From Sphingobacterium thalpophilum (GTDB lineage: Bacteria; Bacteroidota; Bacteroidia; Sphingobacteriales; Sphingobacteriaceae), in assembly GCA_943372995.1 (NCBI GenBank), contig CALSAQ010000003.1, positions 297,443 through 329,442 of the forward strand: 32,000 bases of DNA, read 5' to 3'. The notes beneath the pieces were generated by a model. That model saw nothing but the letters and a program-made list of their open reading frames with translations. It was not told where the DNA came from and did no database searches. Shown piece by piece: positions 24,602 to 32,000 of this stretch. The position numbers were made by a program, and so were the translations under genes. Each line of letters opens with the position of its first letter. Within the stretch, counting starts at the first letter, position 1.

Positions 24602-25183
24602 TTAAATTTCCTCTTCAAACTCCCCTGCACCGAACTCATCTTTACTTTCTTCATCTGTTGTTTCCTCGTCGTCGAATCCCATATCTTCCGTTTCATCATC
24701 GTCGCCATATTCCATCTCATTAAGGAAGTCTAAGTCTTCATTACTTTCTGTAGATGCAATGATAGGGGTATTCCCAAATTGTTTAGGAGCTTCGCCAATT
24801 GACTTTACACATAGAGGGTAAGATACTTTGGCATCTTCGTTAATTACTATTTTAATTAACTCAATATGGAAAGTCCAAGGCTTATCGAAATTAAAAATAT
24901 AATATATTTTTTGGTGTGGATCTACAATGAAATTTTTCAATAATGCATTTTCCATTAATGCAACTTGTTCAGTTTTTACATCTTTTTCGAGTAAAGTAAT
25001 CTCTTTACCCTTATGCCAATAATCGTTACTCATGTAGAACGATGCAGATGCATTTCCGTCGAAAGCGATAGATTGATGAATTACTTTATGAAAATCGGCA
25101 AAAGATTGATTTGACTTAATCTCAATATCTCTGCTAATGTCGTCGTAATCTTCAAAACTCACTCTAAATTTATATACAGCCAT
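24602..25183 (-). CDS. Hypothetical protein with a strongly acidic C-terminal tail
   Basis: 193 aa. The N-terminal 140 aa look globular (MAVYKFRVSFEDYDDISRDIEIKSNQSFADFHKVIHQSIAF...). The last 45 aa or so are dominated by D/E (EYGDDDETEDMGFDDEETTDEESKDEFGAGEFEEEI). No family was assigned with confidence. Confidence 0.5.
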   Translation of the reverse strand: MAVYKFRVSFEDYDDISRDIEIKSNQSFADFHKVIHQSIAFDGNASASFYMSNDYWHKGKEITLLEKDVKTEQVALMENALLKNFIVDPHQKIYYIFNFDKPWTFHIELIKIVINEDAKVSYPLCVKSIGEAPKQFGNTPIIASTESNEDLDFLNEMEYGDDDETEDMGFDDEETTDEESKDEFGAGEFEEEI

Positions 25184-25230
25184 ACTTTTGTATTCTTATT
25201 ACAAAATAAAGAAATCTAATCTTTATTTAA

Positions 25231-26640
25231 TTATTTTTTTCTAATTAATCCTAATTGTTCCCCTTGCTTAAACATAAAAGCGAGGGCAGCTTCGCGCTCA
25301 TTTGGAATATCTCCTTCCAATATCGCTTCTCTAATTGCATTTTTAATAATCCCTACTTCTCTTCCAGCCGACAAGCCAAAATACTCCATGATATCGTTAC
25401 CATCTACTGGCGGTTGCCAATTTCGTAATTTATCTTTCTCCTCTACTTCGATAAGCTTCTGCTTAACTAACTCAAAATTATTCTTGTATTTTTTTACTTT
25501 GTACTCATTTTTGGTAGTAATATCAGCATTACACAATAGCATTAATGCATCTATTTCTTCTCCTGCTTCAAATAATAAGCGCCTCACTGCCGAATCAGTT
25601 ACTGTACTTTGTGCTAATACAATTGGCCTCAAGTGTAATTGAACCAATTTTTGTACCAATTTCATCTTCTCATTTTGTGGAAGTCGTAAATCCCTAAATA
25701 TTTTAGGCACCATACGCGCTCCTTTATCTTCGTGGCCATGAAATGTCCAGCCTATGCCCTCTTCGAATCTTTTTGTAGCAGGTTTCGCAATATCATGTAA
25801 AATCGCAGCCCATCTCAACCAAAGGTCGTCGGTAGTTTCCGAGATATTATCCAAAACTTGTAAAGTATGGTAGAAATTATCTTTATGAGATTTCCCTTTA
25901 ATGGTTTCTACACCATGCAATTGTGCCATTAATGGAAAAATCAATTCCAACAATCCTGAATCAAAAAGTAATCCGAAACCTATTGAAGGCTTTTCAGATA
26001 AAATAATTTTATTCAGCTCATCGGTGATTCTTTCCTTAGAAACTATGCTTATTCGATGTGCATTCTTCTTAATTGCTAAAAAAGACTCCTTATCAATCGT
26101 AAACTTTAATTGCGATGCAAATCTAATGGCTCTCATCATCCTTAAAGGGTCATCGGAATAGGTAATGTCGGGGTCGAGTGGTGTTCTAATTCTTTTACTC
26201 TTCAAATCCGATTGTCCATCAAATGGGTCAATAAGTTTACCTGAATCTATCGGGTTTAAACTTATTGCCATAGCATTTATGGTAAAATCTCTTCTGTTTT
26301 GATCATCTTGTAAAGAACCATCTTCCACAATAGGTTTACGGGAGTCGCTTCTGTACGATTCTTTTCGGGCACCCACAAATTCTATATCCCAATCTTGAAA
26401 TACCAACTGTGCAGTCCCAAAATTCTTGAACACATTGACCTTCGTCCCTTTCCCAATTTTTTTGGCAACTAATTCTGCAAATTCTATCCCGTTGCCTAAA
26501 ATCAAGAAATCCACGTCTTTTGAAGCACGGTTTAGCAATAAATCCCTAACATACCCTCCGATTACGTACGCAGGAATTTTATGCTCCTGGGCAACATCGG
26601 CAACTATATTAAATATTGGATTTTTCAGTAAATGCTTCAT
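25231..26640 (-). CDS. tRNA nucleotidyltransferase / poly(A) polymerase family protein with an HD domain (CCA-adding-enzyme-like)
   Basis: Head-domain motifs: [12 protein letters not shown]...KDVDF and [11 protein letters not shown]-domain motifs: [10 protein letters not shown] and [10 protein letters not shown]. The track start at 26667 lies inside a perfect palindrome, so the ATG at 26640 ([10 protein letters not shown]) is preferred. Confidence 0.85.
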   Translation of the reverse strand: MKHLLKNPIFNIVADVAQEHKIPAYVIGGYVRDLLLNRASKDVDFLILGNGIEFAELVAKKIGKGTKVNVFKNFGTAQLVFQDWDIEFVGARKESYRSDSRKPIVEDGSLQDDQNRRDFTINAMAISLNPIDSGKLIDPFDGQSDLKSKRIRTPLDPDITYSDDPLRMMRAIRFASQLKFTIDKESFLAIKKNAHRISIVSKERITDELNKIILSEKPSIGFGLLFDSGLLELIFPLMAQLHGVETIKGKSHKDNFYHTLQVLDNISETTDDLWLRWAAILHDIAKPATKRFEEGIGWTFHGHEDKGARMVPKIFRDLRLPQNEKMKLVQKLVQLHLRPIVLAQSTVTDSAVRRLLFEAGEEIDALMLLCNADITTKNEYKVKKYKNNFELVKQKLIEVEEKDKLRNWQPPVDGNDIMEYFGLSAGREVGIIKNAIREAILEGDIPNEREAALAFMFKQGEQLGLIRKK

Positions 26641-26659
26641 TTGGGCACGAAGATAGCAA

Positions 26660-26693
26660 ATTAACAAATTAGCTAATTAGCTAATTTGTTAAT
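26660..26693. promoter_or_regulatory. 34-bp perfect palindrome in a divergent intergenic region (candidate operator for a dimeric regulator)
   Basis: The sequence is attaacaaattagctaattagctaatttgttaat. All 17 base pairs were verified by hand, from 26660 paired with 26693 in to 26676 paired with 26677. It lies 20 nt upstream of the CCA-like start (26640) and 12 nt upstream of the GTG start at 26705. Confidence 0.5.
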
Positions 26694-26704
26694 ATATTTG
26701 AATA

Positions 26705-27088
26705 GTGAAGAGATACCTAACATATCTAATTATTAGTCTTTACCTTATGGGTAGCACAGAAGCCCATCAGTTATTGAAGATTGGCTATTTGGTAGAACAT
26801 TATCTCGAACACAAGAATGCTTCTAATCTTAATCTGTTAGAGTTTATCGACTTACATTATGTACAACCTACTGTAGTCGACGACGATTATGCAGAAGACA
26901 TGAAACTCCCTTTCAAATCTCATAACGAATGTAAAGTACAGGTTACTCCGATTGACAAAATCGAACTTGTATCCTATTGCATTGAAACTCCTTACATAGA
27001 AACTAAAAATCAACCCTCACAATATCGCTCGCCATTATTAGGTGATCAGTACCTCAACGAGATTTTCCAACCTCCTAGATTTTCTTAA
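26705..27088 (+). CDS. Small secreted hypothetical protein at the head of the czc-like locus
   Basis: 127 aa with a GTG start. It has the signal-peptide-like N-terminus MKRYLTYLIISLYLMGSTEA and a His/Glu-rich stretch (AHQLLKIGYLVEHYLEHK). It sits directly upstream of the RND pump on the same strand. Confidence 0.5.
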   Translation: MKRYLTYLIISLYLMGSTEAHQLLKIGYLVEHYLEHKNASNLNLLEFIDLHYVQPTVVDDDYAEDMKLPFKSHNECKVQVTPIDKIELVSYCIETPYIETKNQPSQYRSPLLGDQYLNEIFQPPRFS

Positions 27089-27180
27089 CTCATAACTCGT
27101 AGCTCGTCACTCGTGATACGTATACAAGTGAGGTTTAACTCACAATTTATAATTCATAACACATAACTCATAATTTACAA
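27087..27180 (+). repeat. Two directly oriented arrays of tandem heptamers (consensus about CTCRTAA / TTTAYAA) flanking a 24-bp spacer
   Basis: Array 1 (27087-27114): aactcat aactcgt agctcgt cactcgt. Array 2 (27139-27180): ctcacaa tttataa ttcataa cacataa ctcataa tttacaa. All were read directly. The arrays fill the intergenic region just upstream of the czcA ATG at 27183. Confidence 0.7.
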
Positions 27181-27182
27181 TT

Positions 27183-30100
27183 ATGTTAAATGCTATAATT
27201 TCATTTTCTGTTCGTCAGAAATTGATCATCGCTTTATTTACCCTAGGTATAATTCTTTGGGGAATTTATGAAGCGACTCGTTTGCCAATTGATGCGGTAC
27301 CCGATATTACCGACAATCAGGCACAAATTATTACCGTTAGTCCAGCTTTAGGAGCTCCTGATGTGGAGCGTCTGATCACTTTCCCTATAGAGCAGGCAAA
27401 TAGTAATATTCCAGGTATAAAAAAAATTAGAAGTTTTTCCAGATTTGGTCTTTCATTAGTCACCATTGTCTTTGAAGATGATGTAGATATTTATTGGGCA
27501 AGGCAACAAATTGCAGAACGACTATTACAAGTACAAAATGAATTGCCTGATGGCATTGGTAACCCGGAATTAGGTCCAGTAACTACAGGACTTGGCGAAA
27601 TTTATCAATATGTTGTACGACCTAAAAAGGGGTATGAAAATAAATTCAGTCAGACTGATTTGCGTACCATTCAAGACTGGATAATACGCAGGCAATTGTT
27701 AGGTGTAAAAGGAGTTGCCGATGTTTCTAGTTTTGGTGGTGCTTTGAAACAATATGAAGTAAGTATTAACCCTGCTCGTTTACAAGCCAATGGTGTAAGT
27801 ATTTCTGATGTATTTGCTGCCATTGAGAATAATAATGAAAATACTGGAGGAGCATATATAGAAAGAGGTGAAAGCATACTATACATTCGTTCTGAAGGTC
27901 TGATGAAAAACTTTAGCGATATCGAAAACTGTATTGTTAAAAATACAGCTAATGGAAATCCCATTAGAATAAGAGATGTTGCAAAAGTTCAGTTTGCAGA
28001 AGCTATAAAATATGGCACATTATGTTATAATGCCGATGGTCAGGTAGCTGGTGCTGTAGTAATGATGCTAAAGGGAGCGAACTCTTCTGAGGTGATTAAA
28101 AATGTAAAGACTAGAATTGAAGAAATAAAAAAGACATTACCTGAAGGAATAGAGTTAGAAGCATTTTTAGATCGTAGTAAAATGGTAAACAATGCCATAG
28201 GAACTGTGGAGAAAAATCTACTCGAAGGTGCGCTCATTGTAATATTTGTATTAGTACTCTTTCTTGGTAATCTTAGAGCTGGCTTAATAGTAGCTTCTGT
28301 AATTCCTTTATCCATGCTTTTCGCTATCATCATGATGAACATGTTTGGTGTAAGTGGGAACTTGATGAGTTTAGGAGCAATTGATTTCGGATTAATTGTT
28401 GATGGTGCAGTAATCATTGTGGAAGCGATAATGCATCAGCTTAGCCATTCCAAAAAATTCAATGTAATAAATAAACTCAGTCAGGAACAAATGAACGAAG
28501 AGGTTAAAGGTTCGGCCTCTAAAATGATGAACTCTGCTGTATTTGGTCAAATAATTATTCTAATAGTTTATCTACCAATATTCACTTTGCAAGGTATAGA
28601 AGGAAAAATGTTTGCTCCAATGGCTGCTACTGTTGCCTTTGCATTATTAGGGGCATTCATCATGTCGCTCACTTATGTGCCAATGATGAGTTCATTATTC
28701 ATTAGTAAAAAAATCCATCACGAAGCCAATTTAGCTGAACGTGTATTCTTCAAAATAGAAAGAGTATACCAACATTTATTAGACAAGGTACTTCATAAAT
28801 CTATGATAAGCTTAGGTATTGTTCTATCATTTTTTATATTTTCTATTTTCATATTAATAAACATGGGTGGTGAATTTATCCCTGAATTAGAAGAAGGTGA
28901 TTTTGCCGTAGACACTAGAGTACTTACAGGGAGTAATTTGAATACCACTGTAGAAGCAACCACAGCGAGTGCTAAAATTTTATTAGAAAAATTTCCAGAA
29001 GTAGAAAAGATAGTTACAAAAATTGGAAGTGGCGAAATACCTACCGACCCCATGCCTATAGAGGCTAGTGATATGATGGTCATATTAAAAGACAAAGAGG
29101 ATTGGACATCTGCTAGCAGTTATAATGAACTTGCTGAAAAGATGAGTGTTGAGCTGGCGAAAATTCCTGGAGTAACGGCTGGATTTCAATACCCTGTTCA
29201 AATGAGATTTAATGAATTAATGACGGGAGCGCGACAAGATGTAGTATGTAAAATCTATGGTGAAGACTTAGATACATTAGCTGCTTATGCTCAAAAGCTC
29301 GGCAATATTGTATCAAGTGTTGAAGGAGCAAAAGATTTATATGTAGAAGCCATTGGAGGAATGCCTCAAATGGTTGTTAGATACAACAGAGAATCGTTAA
29401 CACAATACGGTGTAAATATCAGCGACTTGAACAGAGTGCTACGAACCGCTTATGCTGGAGATGTGAGTGGCAAAATATACGAAGGAGAAAAGCAATTTGA
29501 GTTAGTACTCAGGATGGATGCATCTATAAAAGATGATGTGAGTAGCATTGAAGAACTACTCATCCCAACACCAAATGGTTCACCAGTACCATTACGCTTA
29601 TTGGCAAGCATCGACATTATTGATGGACCAAATCAAATACAAAGAGAAGATGCCAAACGAAGAATTATTGTTGGATTTAATACACGTGGTAGAGATGTTC
29701 AAAGTATAGTAAAAGAGCTACAAGAGAAAGTCGACAAACAAATTAATTTACCCGACGGATATTATACCGTTTATGGTGGAGCTTTTGAAAATTTAGTAGC
29801 CGCAAAGAACAGATTATCTATTGCTGTTCCCCTTTCATTATTACTTATTCTATTACTACTCTATTTTGCATTTGGCTCAATAAAACAGAGTATCTTAATT
29901 TTCTCAGCAATACCACTGTCGGCAATTGGAGGAATCTTTGCTTTAAGCGCAAGAGGTTTACCATTTAGCATATCTGCAGGTATAGGTTTCATAGCGTTGT
30001 TTGGTGTAGCTGTATTAAATGGAATAGTACTTATCGCCGAATTTAACCGACTAAAAAAAGAAGGCTGGACTGATGCAAGAAAAATTGTACTGCAAGGAAC

Positions 30101-31532
30101 CAAGATTAGACTAAGGCCTGTATTAATGACTGCTGCTGTAGCATCACTTGGGTTTATCCCAATGGCTTTAAGTAATGGAGCAGGAGCCGAAGTGCAGAGA
30201 CCACTTGCAACTGTTGTTATAGGAGGATTACTTTCTGCTACACTTCTTACTTTATTTATCCTTCCGATTTTATACGCTGCTACTGCTAAAAAAGAATTGA
30301 TCAAAGGGAATAAATCTATTGCTATGATATTAATCTTTTTAGGTTTATTAAGTACAAGTCGGATAAGTGTCGCTCAGCAAACTATATCATGGAATGATGC
30401 GAAACAGAAACTCCTTAATCAAAATCAACTGGTTAAAGCCGAGCAGAATTATCAACAAACACTTAATAAGAACAATATACAAGGTATAGAAATCCCAAAA
30501 ACCGAATTCAGTATACAAAACGGGCAGTACAACAGTTCTGCTAATGATCAAGCATACGGTGTAGTACAAAGTTTTCATTTCCCAAGTTATTACGTAAAGA
30601 ACTATCAGTATTATAACAGTCAGCGAGATTTATCTGAAATAAATGTAGAATTAAAAAAAATGGAACTTCTTTCGGAGCTTTATTATCAATACCATTCTAT
30701 TTTATTGTATGAAGAAAAAGCAAAATTCTTAGTATCTGCGGAAGAGTACCTGCAAAACACCAAAAAAAGTGTTCAATCGCAATACGAGAAAGGTGTAATT
30801 AGTATCATGGATAAGTCGGCACTCGATAATGCCTACATCAACATACAAACAGAACTACGGTTAAACAATGTTCATCTCGAAACTGCAATACAAAAATTCA
30901 ATTGGTTAATGGCTGATAAAGAAAAAAATATGCCAAATGCTACATTGTTCTTTTCAGAAGAAATTGCAAATGCAGAAACGTCAGAAAATTCTTATTATAT
31001 AAAAAGAATATTGGCTGAAAATAGAATTGCCGAATTGCAGTGGAGAACTGAAAAAGCAAAAACATTTCCAGACATACGTATAGGGTATACTAATCAAAGC
31101 CTAAATGGAATGCTCGATAATGGTCGAATAACAAACTCTTCAGATCGATTTCAATACTTAAGTGCTGGTTTAAGCATCCCTATTTTCTTTGGTTCTCAAC
31201 TAGCAAAAAATAAAGTTGCCAAAGCGAATTGGGAAAAACATACAAGTATTGTTCAGTTAGAAAAAGAGAAACTCGCACTTGAAAAAGACAGGCTATTCAA
31301 TACTTATAAAGAAGAACAAGAATTACTTCGTAAATACAACCACGACATTATTCCGGAATTGATGTTAGCCTTAAAGGCATCCGCTTTACAAATAGAAAAA
31401 GGCACCATTAATTACAACACATGGGCTATGTACATACATCAAACTATAACAACGTATAATGCTTATGCAGCTTTATATTTAAGAAGTCTACAAGACTATA
31501 CTGAACTAAAAATGATTAATAACGAACTTTAA
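27183..31532 (+). CDS. czcA: CzcA/CusA-family heavy-metal RND efflux pump fused in frame to a TolC-like outer-membrane factor
   Basis: 1449 aa. Residues 1 to about 1040 are a full-length HME-RND permease: MLNAIISFSVRQKLII..., 12 TM, ending ...LFILPILYAATAKKE. There is then no stop codon. Next comes KSIAMILIFLGLLSTSRISVAQQ, a signal-peptide-like segment with Met1048 encoded at 30324. About 400 aa of coiled-coil plus beta-rich OEP/TolC-like sequence follow. Confidence 0.85.
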   Translation: MLNAIISFSVRQKLIIALFTLGIILWGIYEATRLPIDAVPDITDNQAQIITVSPALGAPDVERLITFPIEQANSNIPGIKKIRSFSRFGLSLVTIVFEDDVDIYWARQQIAERLLQVQNELPDGIGNPELGPVTTGLGEIYQYVVRPKKGYENKFSQTDLRTIQDWIIRRQLLGVKGVADVSSFGGALKQYEVSINPARLQANGVSISDVFAAIENNNENTGGAYIERGESILYIRSEGLMKNFSDIENCIVKNTANGNPIRIRDVAKVQFAEAIKYGTLCYNADGQVAGAVVMMLKGANSSEVIKNVKTRIEEIKKTLPEGIELEAFLDRSKMVNNAIGTVEKNLLEGALIVIFVLVLFLGNLRAGLIVASVIPLSMLFAIIMMNMFGVSGNLMSLGAIDFGLIVDGAVIIVEAIMHQLSHSKKFNVINKLSQEQMNEEVKGSASKMMNSAVFGQIIILIVYLPIFTLQGIEGKMFAPMAATVAFALLGAFIMSLTYVPMMSSLFISKKIHHEANLAERVFFKIERVYQHLLDKVLHKSMISLGIVLSFFIFSIFILINMGGEFIPELEEGDFAVDTRVLTGSNLNTTVEATTASAKILLEKFPEVEKIVTKIGSGEIPTDPMPIEASDMMVILKDKEDWTSASSYNELAEKMSVELAKIPGVTAGFQYPVQMRFNELMTGARQDVVCKIYGEDLDTLAAYAQKLGNIVSSVEGAKDLYVEAIGGMPQMVVRYNRESLTQYGVNISDLNRVLRTAYAGDVSGKIYEGEKQFELVLRMDASIKDDVSSIEELLIPTPNGSPVPLRLLASIDIIDGPNQIQREDAKRRIIVGFNTRGRDVQSIVKELQEKVDKQINLPDGYYTVYGGAFENLVAAKNRLSIAVPLSLLLILLLLYFAFGSIKQSILIFSAIPLSAIGGIFALSARGLPFSISAGIGFIALFGVAVLNGIVLIAEFNRLKKEGWTDARKIVLQGTKIRLRPVLMTAAVASLGFIPMALSNGAGAEVQRPLATVVIGGLLSATLLTLFILPILYAATAKKELIKGNKSIAMILIFLGLLSTSRISVAQQTISWNDAKQKLLNQNQLVKAEQNYQQTLNKNNIQGIEIPKTEFSIQNGQYNSSANDQAYGVVQSFHFPSYYVKNYQYYNSQRDLSEINVELKKMELLSELYYQYHSILLYEEKAKFLVSAEEYLQNTKKSVQSQYEKGVISIMDKSALDNAYINIQTELRLNNVHLETAIQKFNWLMADKEKNMPNATLFFSEEIANAETSENSYYIKRILAENRIAELQWRTEKAKTFPDIRIGYTNQSLNGMLDNGRITNSSDRFQYLSAGLSIPIFFGSQLAKNKVAKANWEKHTSIVQLEKEKLALEKDRLFNTYKEEQELLRKYNHDIIPELMLALKASALQIEKGTINYNTWAMYIHQTITTYNAYAALYLRSLQDYTELKMINNEL

Positions 31533-31540
31533 CAATAGAC

Positions 31541-32000
31541 ATGAAACGTACATACATATATATATTAGGACTAGGAATGTTAATCCTACACTCGTGTAGC
31601 AAAAATCCTAATGCAGGAACAGAAACAAAAGAGGAAACTGCTTCAAATATTATTGTTTTAAGCAAAGATCAACTCAGCAATATTTCTATAAGTCAAATAG
31701 GCTTGGTAGAAAAAAATATTGGTAGCATCATAAAAGCTAATGGAATAATAGATGTACCACCAGAGAGCATGATTAGCATATCAGCACCTATGGGAGGGTA
31801 TTTGAAATTTACCAAGCTATTGCCAGGACTTAAGGTAAGTAAGGGACAATTATTGGCCATAATAGAAGACCAACAATTTATTCAACTAAGTGAAGAATAC
31901 TTAAGCAGTAAGAATCGACTTGAGTTAGAAAAATTTGAATTCCAAAAACAAAAAGAATTGTATGCTGAAAAAGCTATTTCAGAAAAAGCATATCTAGAAT
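31541..32000 (+). CDS. Efflux RND periplasmic adaptor (membrane fusion protein, CzcB-like). This is the 5' part; it runs off the right window edge.
   Basis: Hand translation: MKRTYIYILGLGMLILHSCSKNPNAG...IKANGIIDVPPESMISISAPMGGYLKFTKLLPGLKVSKGQLLAIIEDQQF.... It has a lipoprotein-type signal (LHSC) and the typical MFP lipoyl/hairpin start. It is absent from the track because it has no stop in the window. Confidence 0.8.
   Translation, partial: MKRTYIYILGLGMLILHSCSKNPNAGTETKEETASNIIVLSKDQLSNISISQIGLVEKNIGSIIKANGIIDVPPESMISISAPMGGYLKFTKLLPGLKVSKGQLLAIIEDQQFIQLSEEYLSSKNRLELEKFEFQKQKELYAEKAISEKAYLE

Noticed and set aside
27108-27133. Possible terminator hairpin after the 127-aa gene (cactcgtgatacgtatacaagtgag)
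   Set aside because: The arms pair only imperfectly with a bulge around the GTATAC centre, and no U-tract follows. The evidence is too weak to call a terminator.
8984-30578. Other short overlapping track ORFs. These are 8984-9199, 9798-9989, 10872-11138, 13208-13453, 13827-14033, 14849-15031, 15044-15235, 15945-16172, 23733-23918, 25388-25642, 25901-26161, 26426-26656, 27671-27964, 28040-28417, 28793-29095, 29861-30304 and 30387-30578.
   Set aside because: Each is embedded antisense in, or overlaps the 5' end of, a well-supported longer gene (gap, kinase, pgk, motAB-like, TPR, miaA, CCA-like, czcA). Their translations are hydrophobic or low-complexity mirror images, as is typical of AT-rich antisense frames.

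Overview
AT-rich chromosomal window. Gene content and style look Bacteroidota-like, which is an inference. No rRNA, tRNA, CRISPR array, transposase or integrase was recognised.

(1) Positions 1-8846, minus strand: one giant ORF that is missing from the supplied ORF track because it has a start but no stop inside the window. It encodes a signal peptide, a unique N-terminal domain, and at least 5 tandem modules of about 570 aa. Each module is a CARDB/Ig-like domain followed by a right-handed parallel beta-helix.

(2) Positions 9133-14121: gap and pgk flank a small signalling insert. The insert holds a HisKA_3 histidine kinase, a NarL/LuxR-type response regulator, and a divergent HD-phosphohydrolase fused to two Usp domains.

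(3) Positions 14207-19160, minus strand: a tightly coupled five-gene operon, and the most interesting candidate in the window. It encodes a two-TM protein with a FliF-like periplasmic segment and a cytoplasmic full-length FliG homologue, then a signal-peptide beta-rich protein, a TPR lipoprotein, a 4-TM MotA/PomA-type channel, and a MotB/OmpA-type protein. No other flagellar genes are in view. This looks like an orphan rotor-plus-stator module with envelope partners.

(4) Positions 19379-26640: housekeeping genes. These are an S4/Hsp15-like protein, dapD, a GT4 glycosyltransferase, a divergent YrdC-like protein, an MFS transporter, miaA, an acidic-tail hypothetical, and a CCA-adding/poly(A) polymerase family enzyme with an HD domain.

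(5) Positions 26660-32000: a 34-bp perfect palindrome in a divergent promoter region, a small His-rich secreted protein, a 1449-aa CzcA-type RND pump fused in frame to a TolC-like outer-membrane factor that keeps an internal Met and signal-peptide-like segment, and the 5' part of the periplasmic adaptor gene.

Several intergenic regions carry unusual 7-8 bp micro-repeat arrays built on TTGTAAAT / CTCRTAA words, and two of them form long hairpins.
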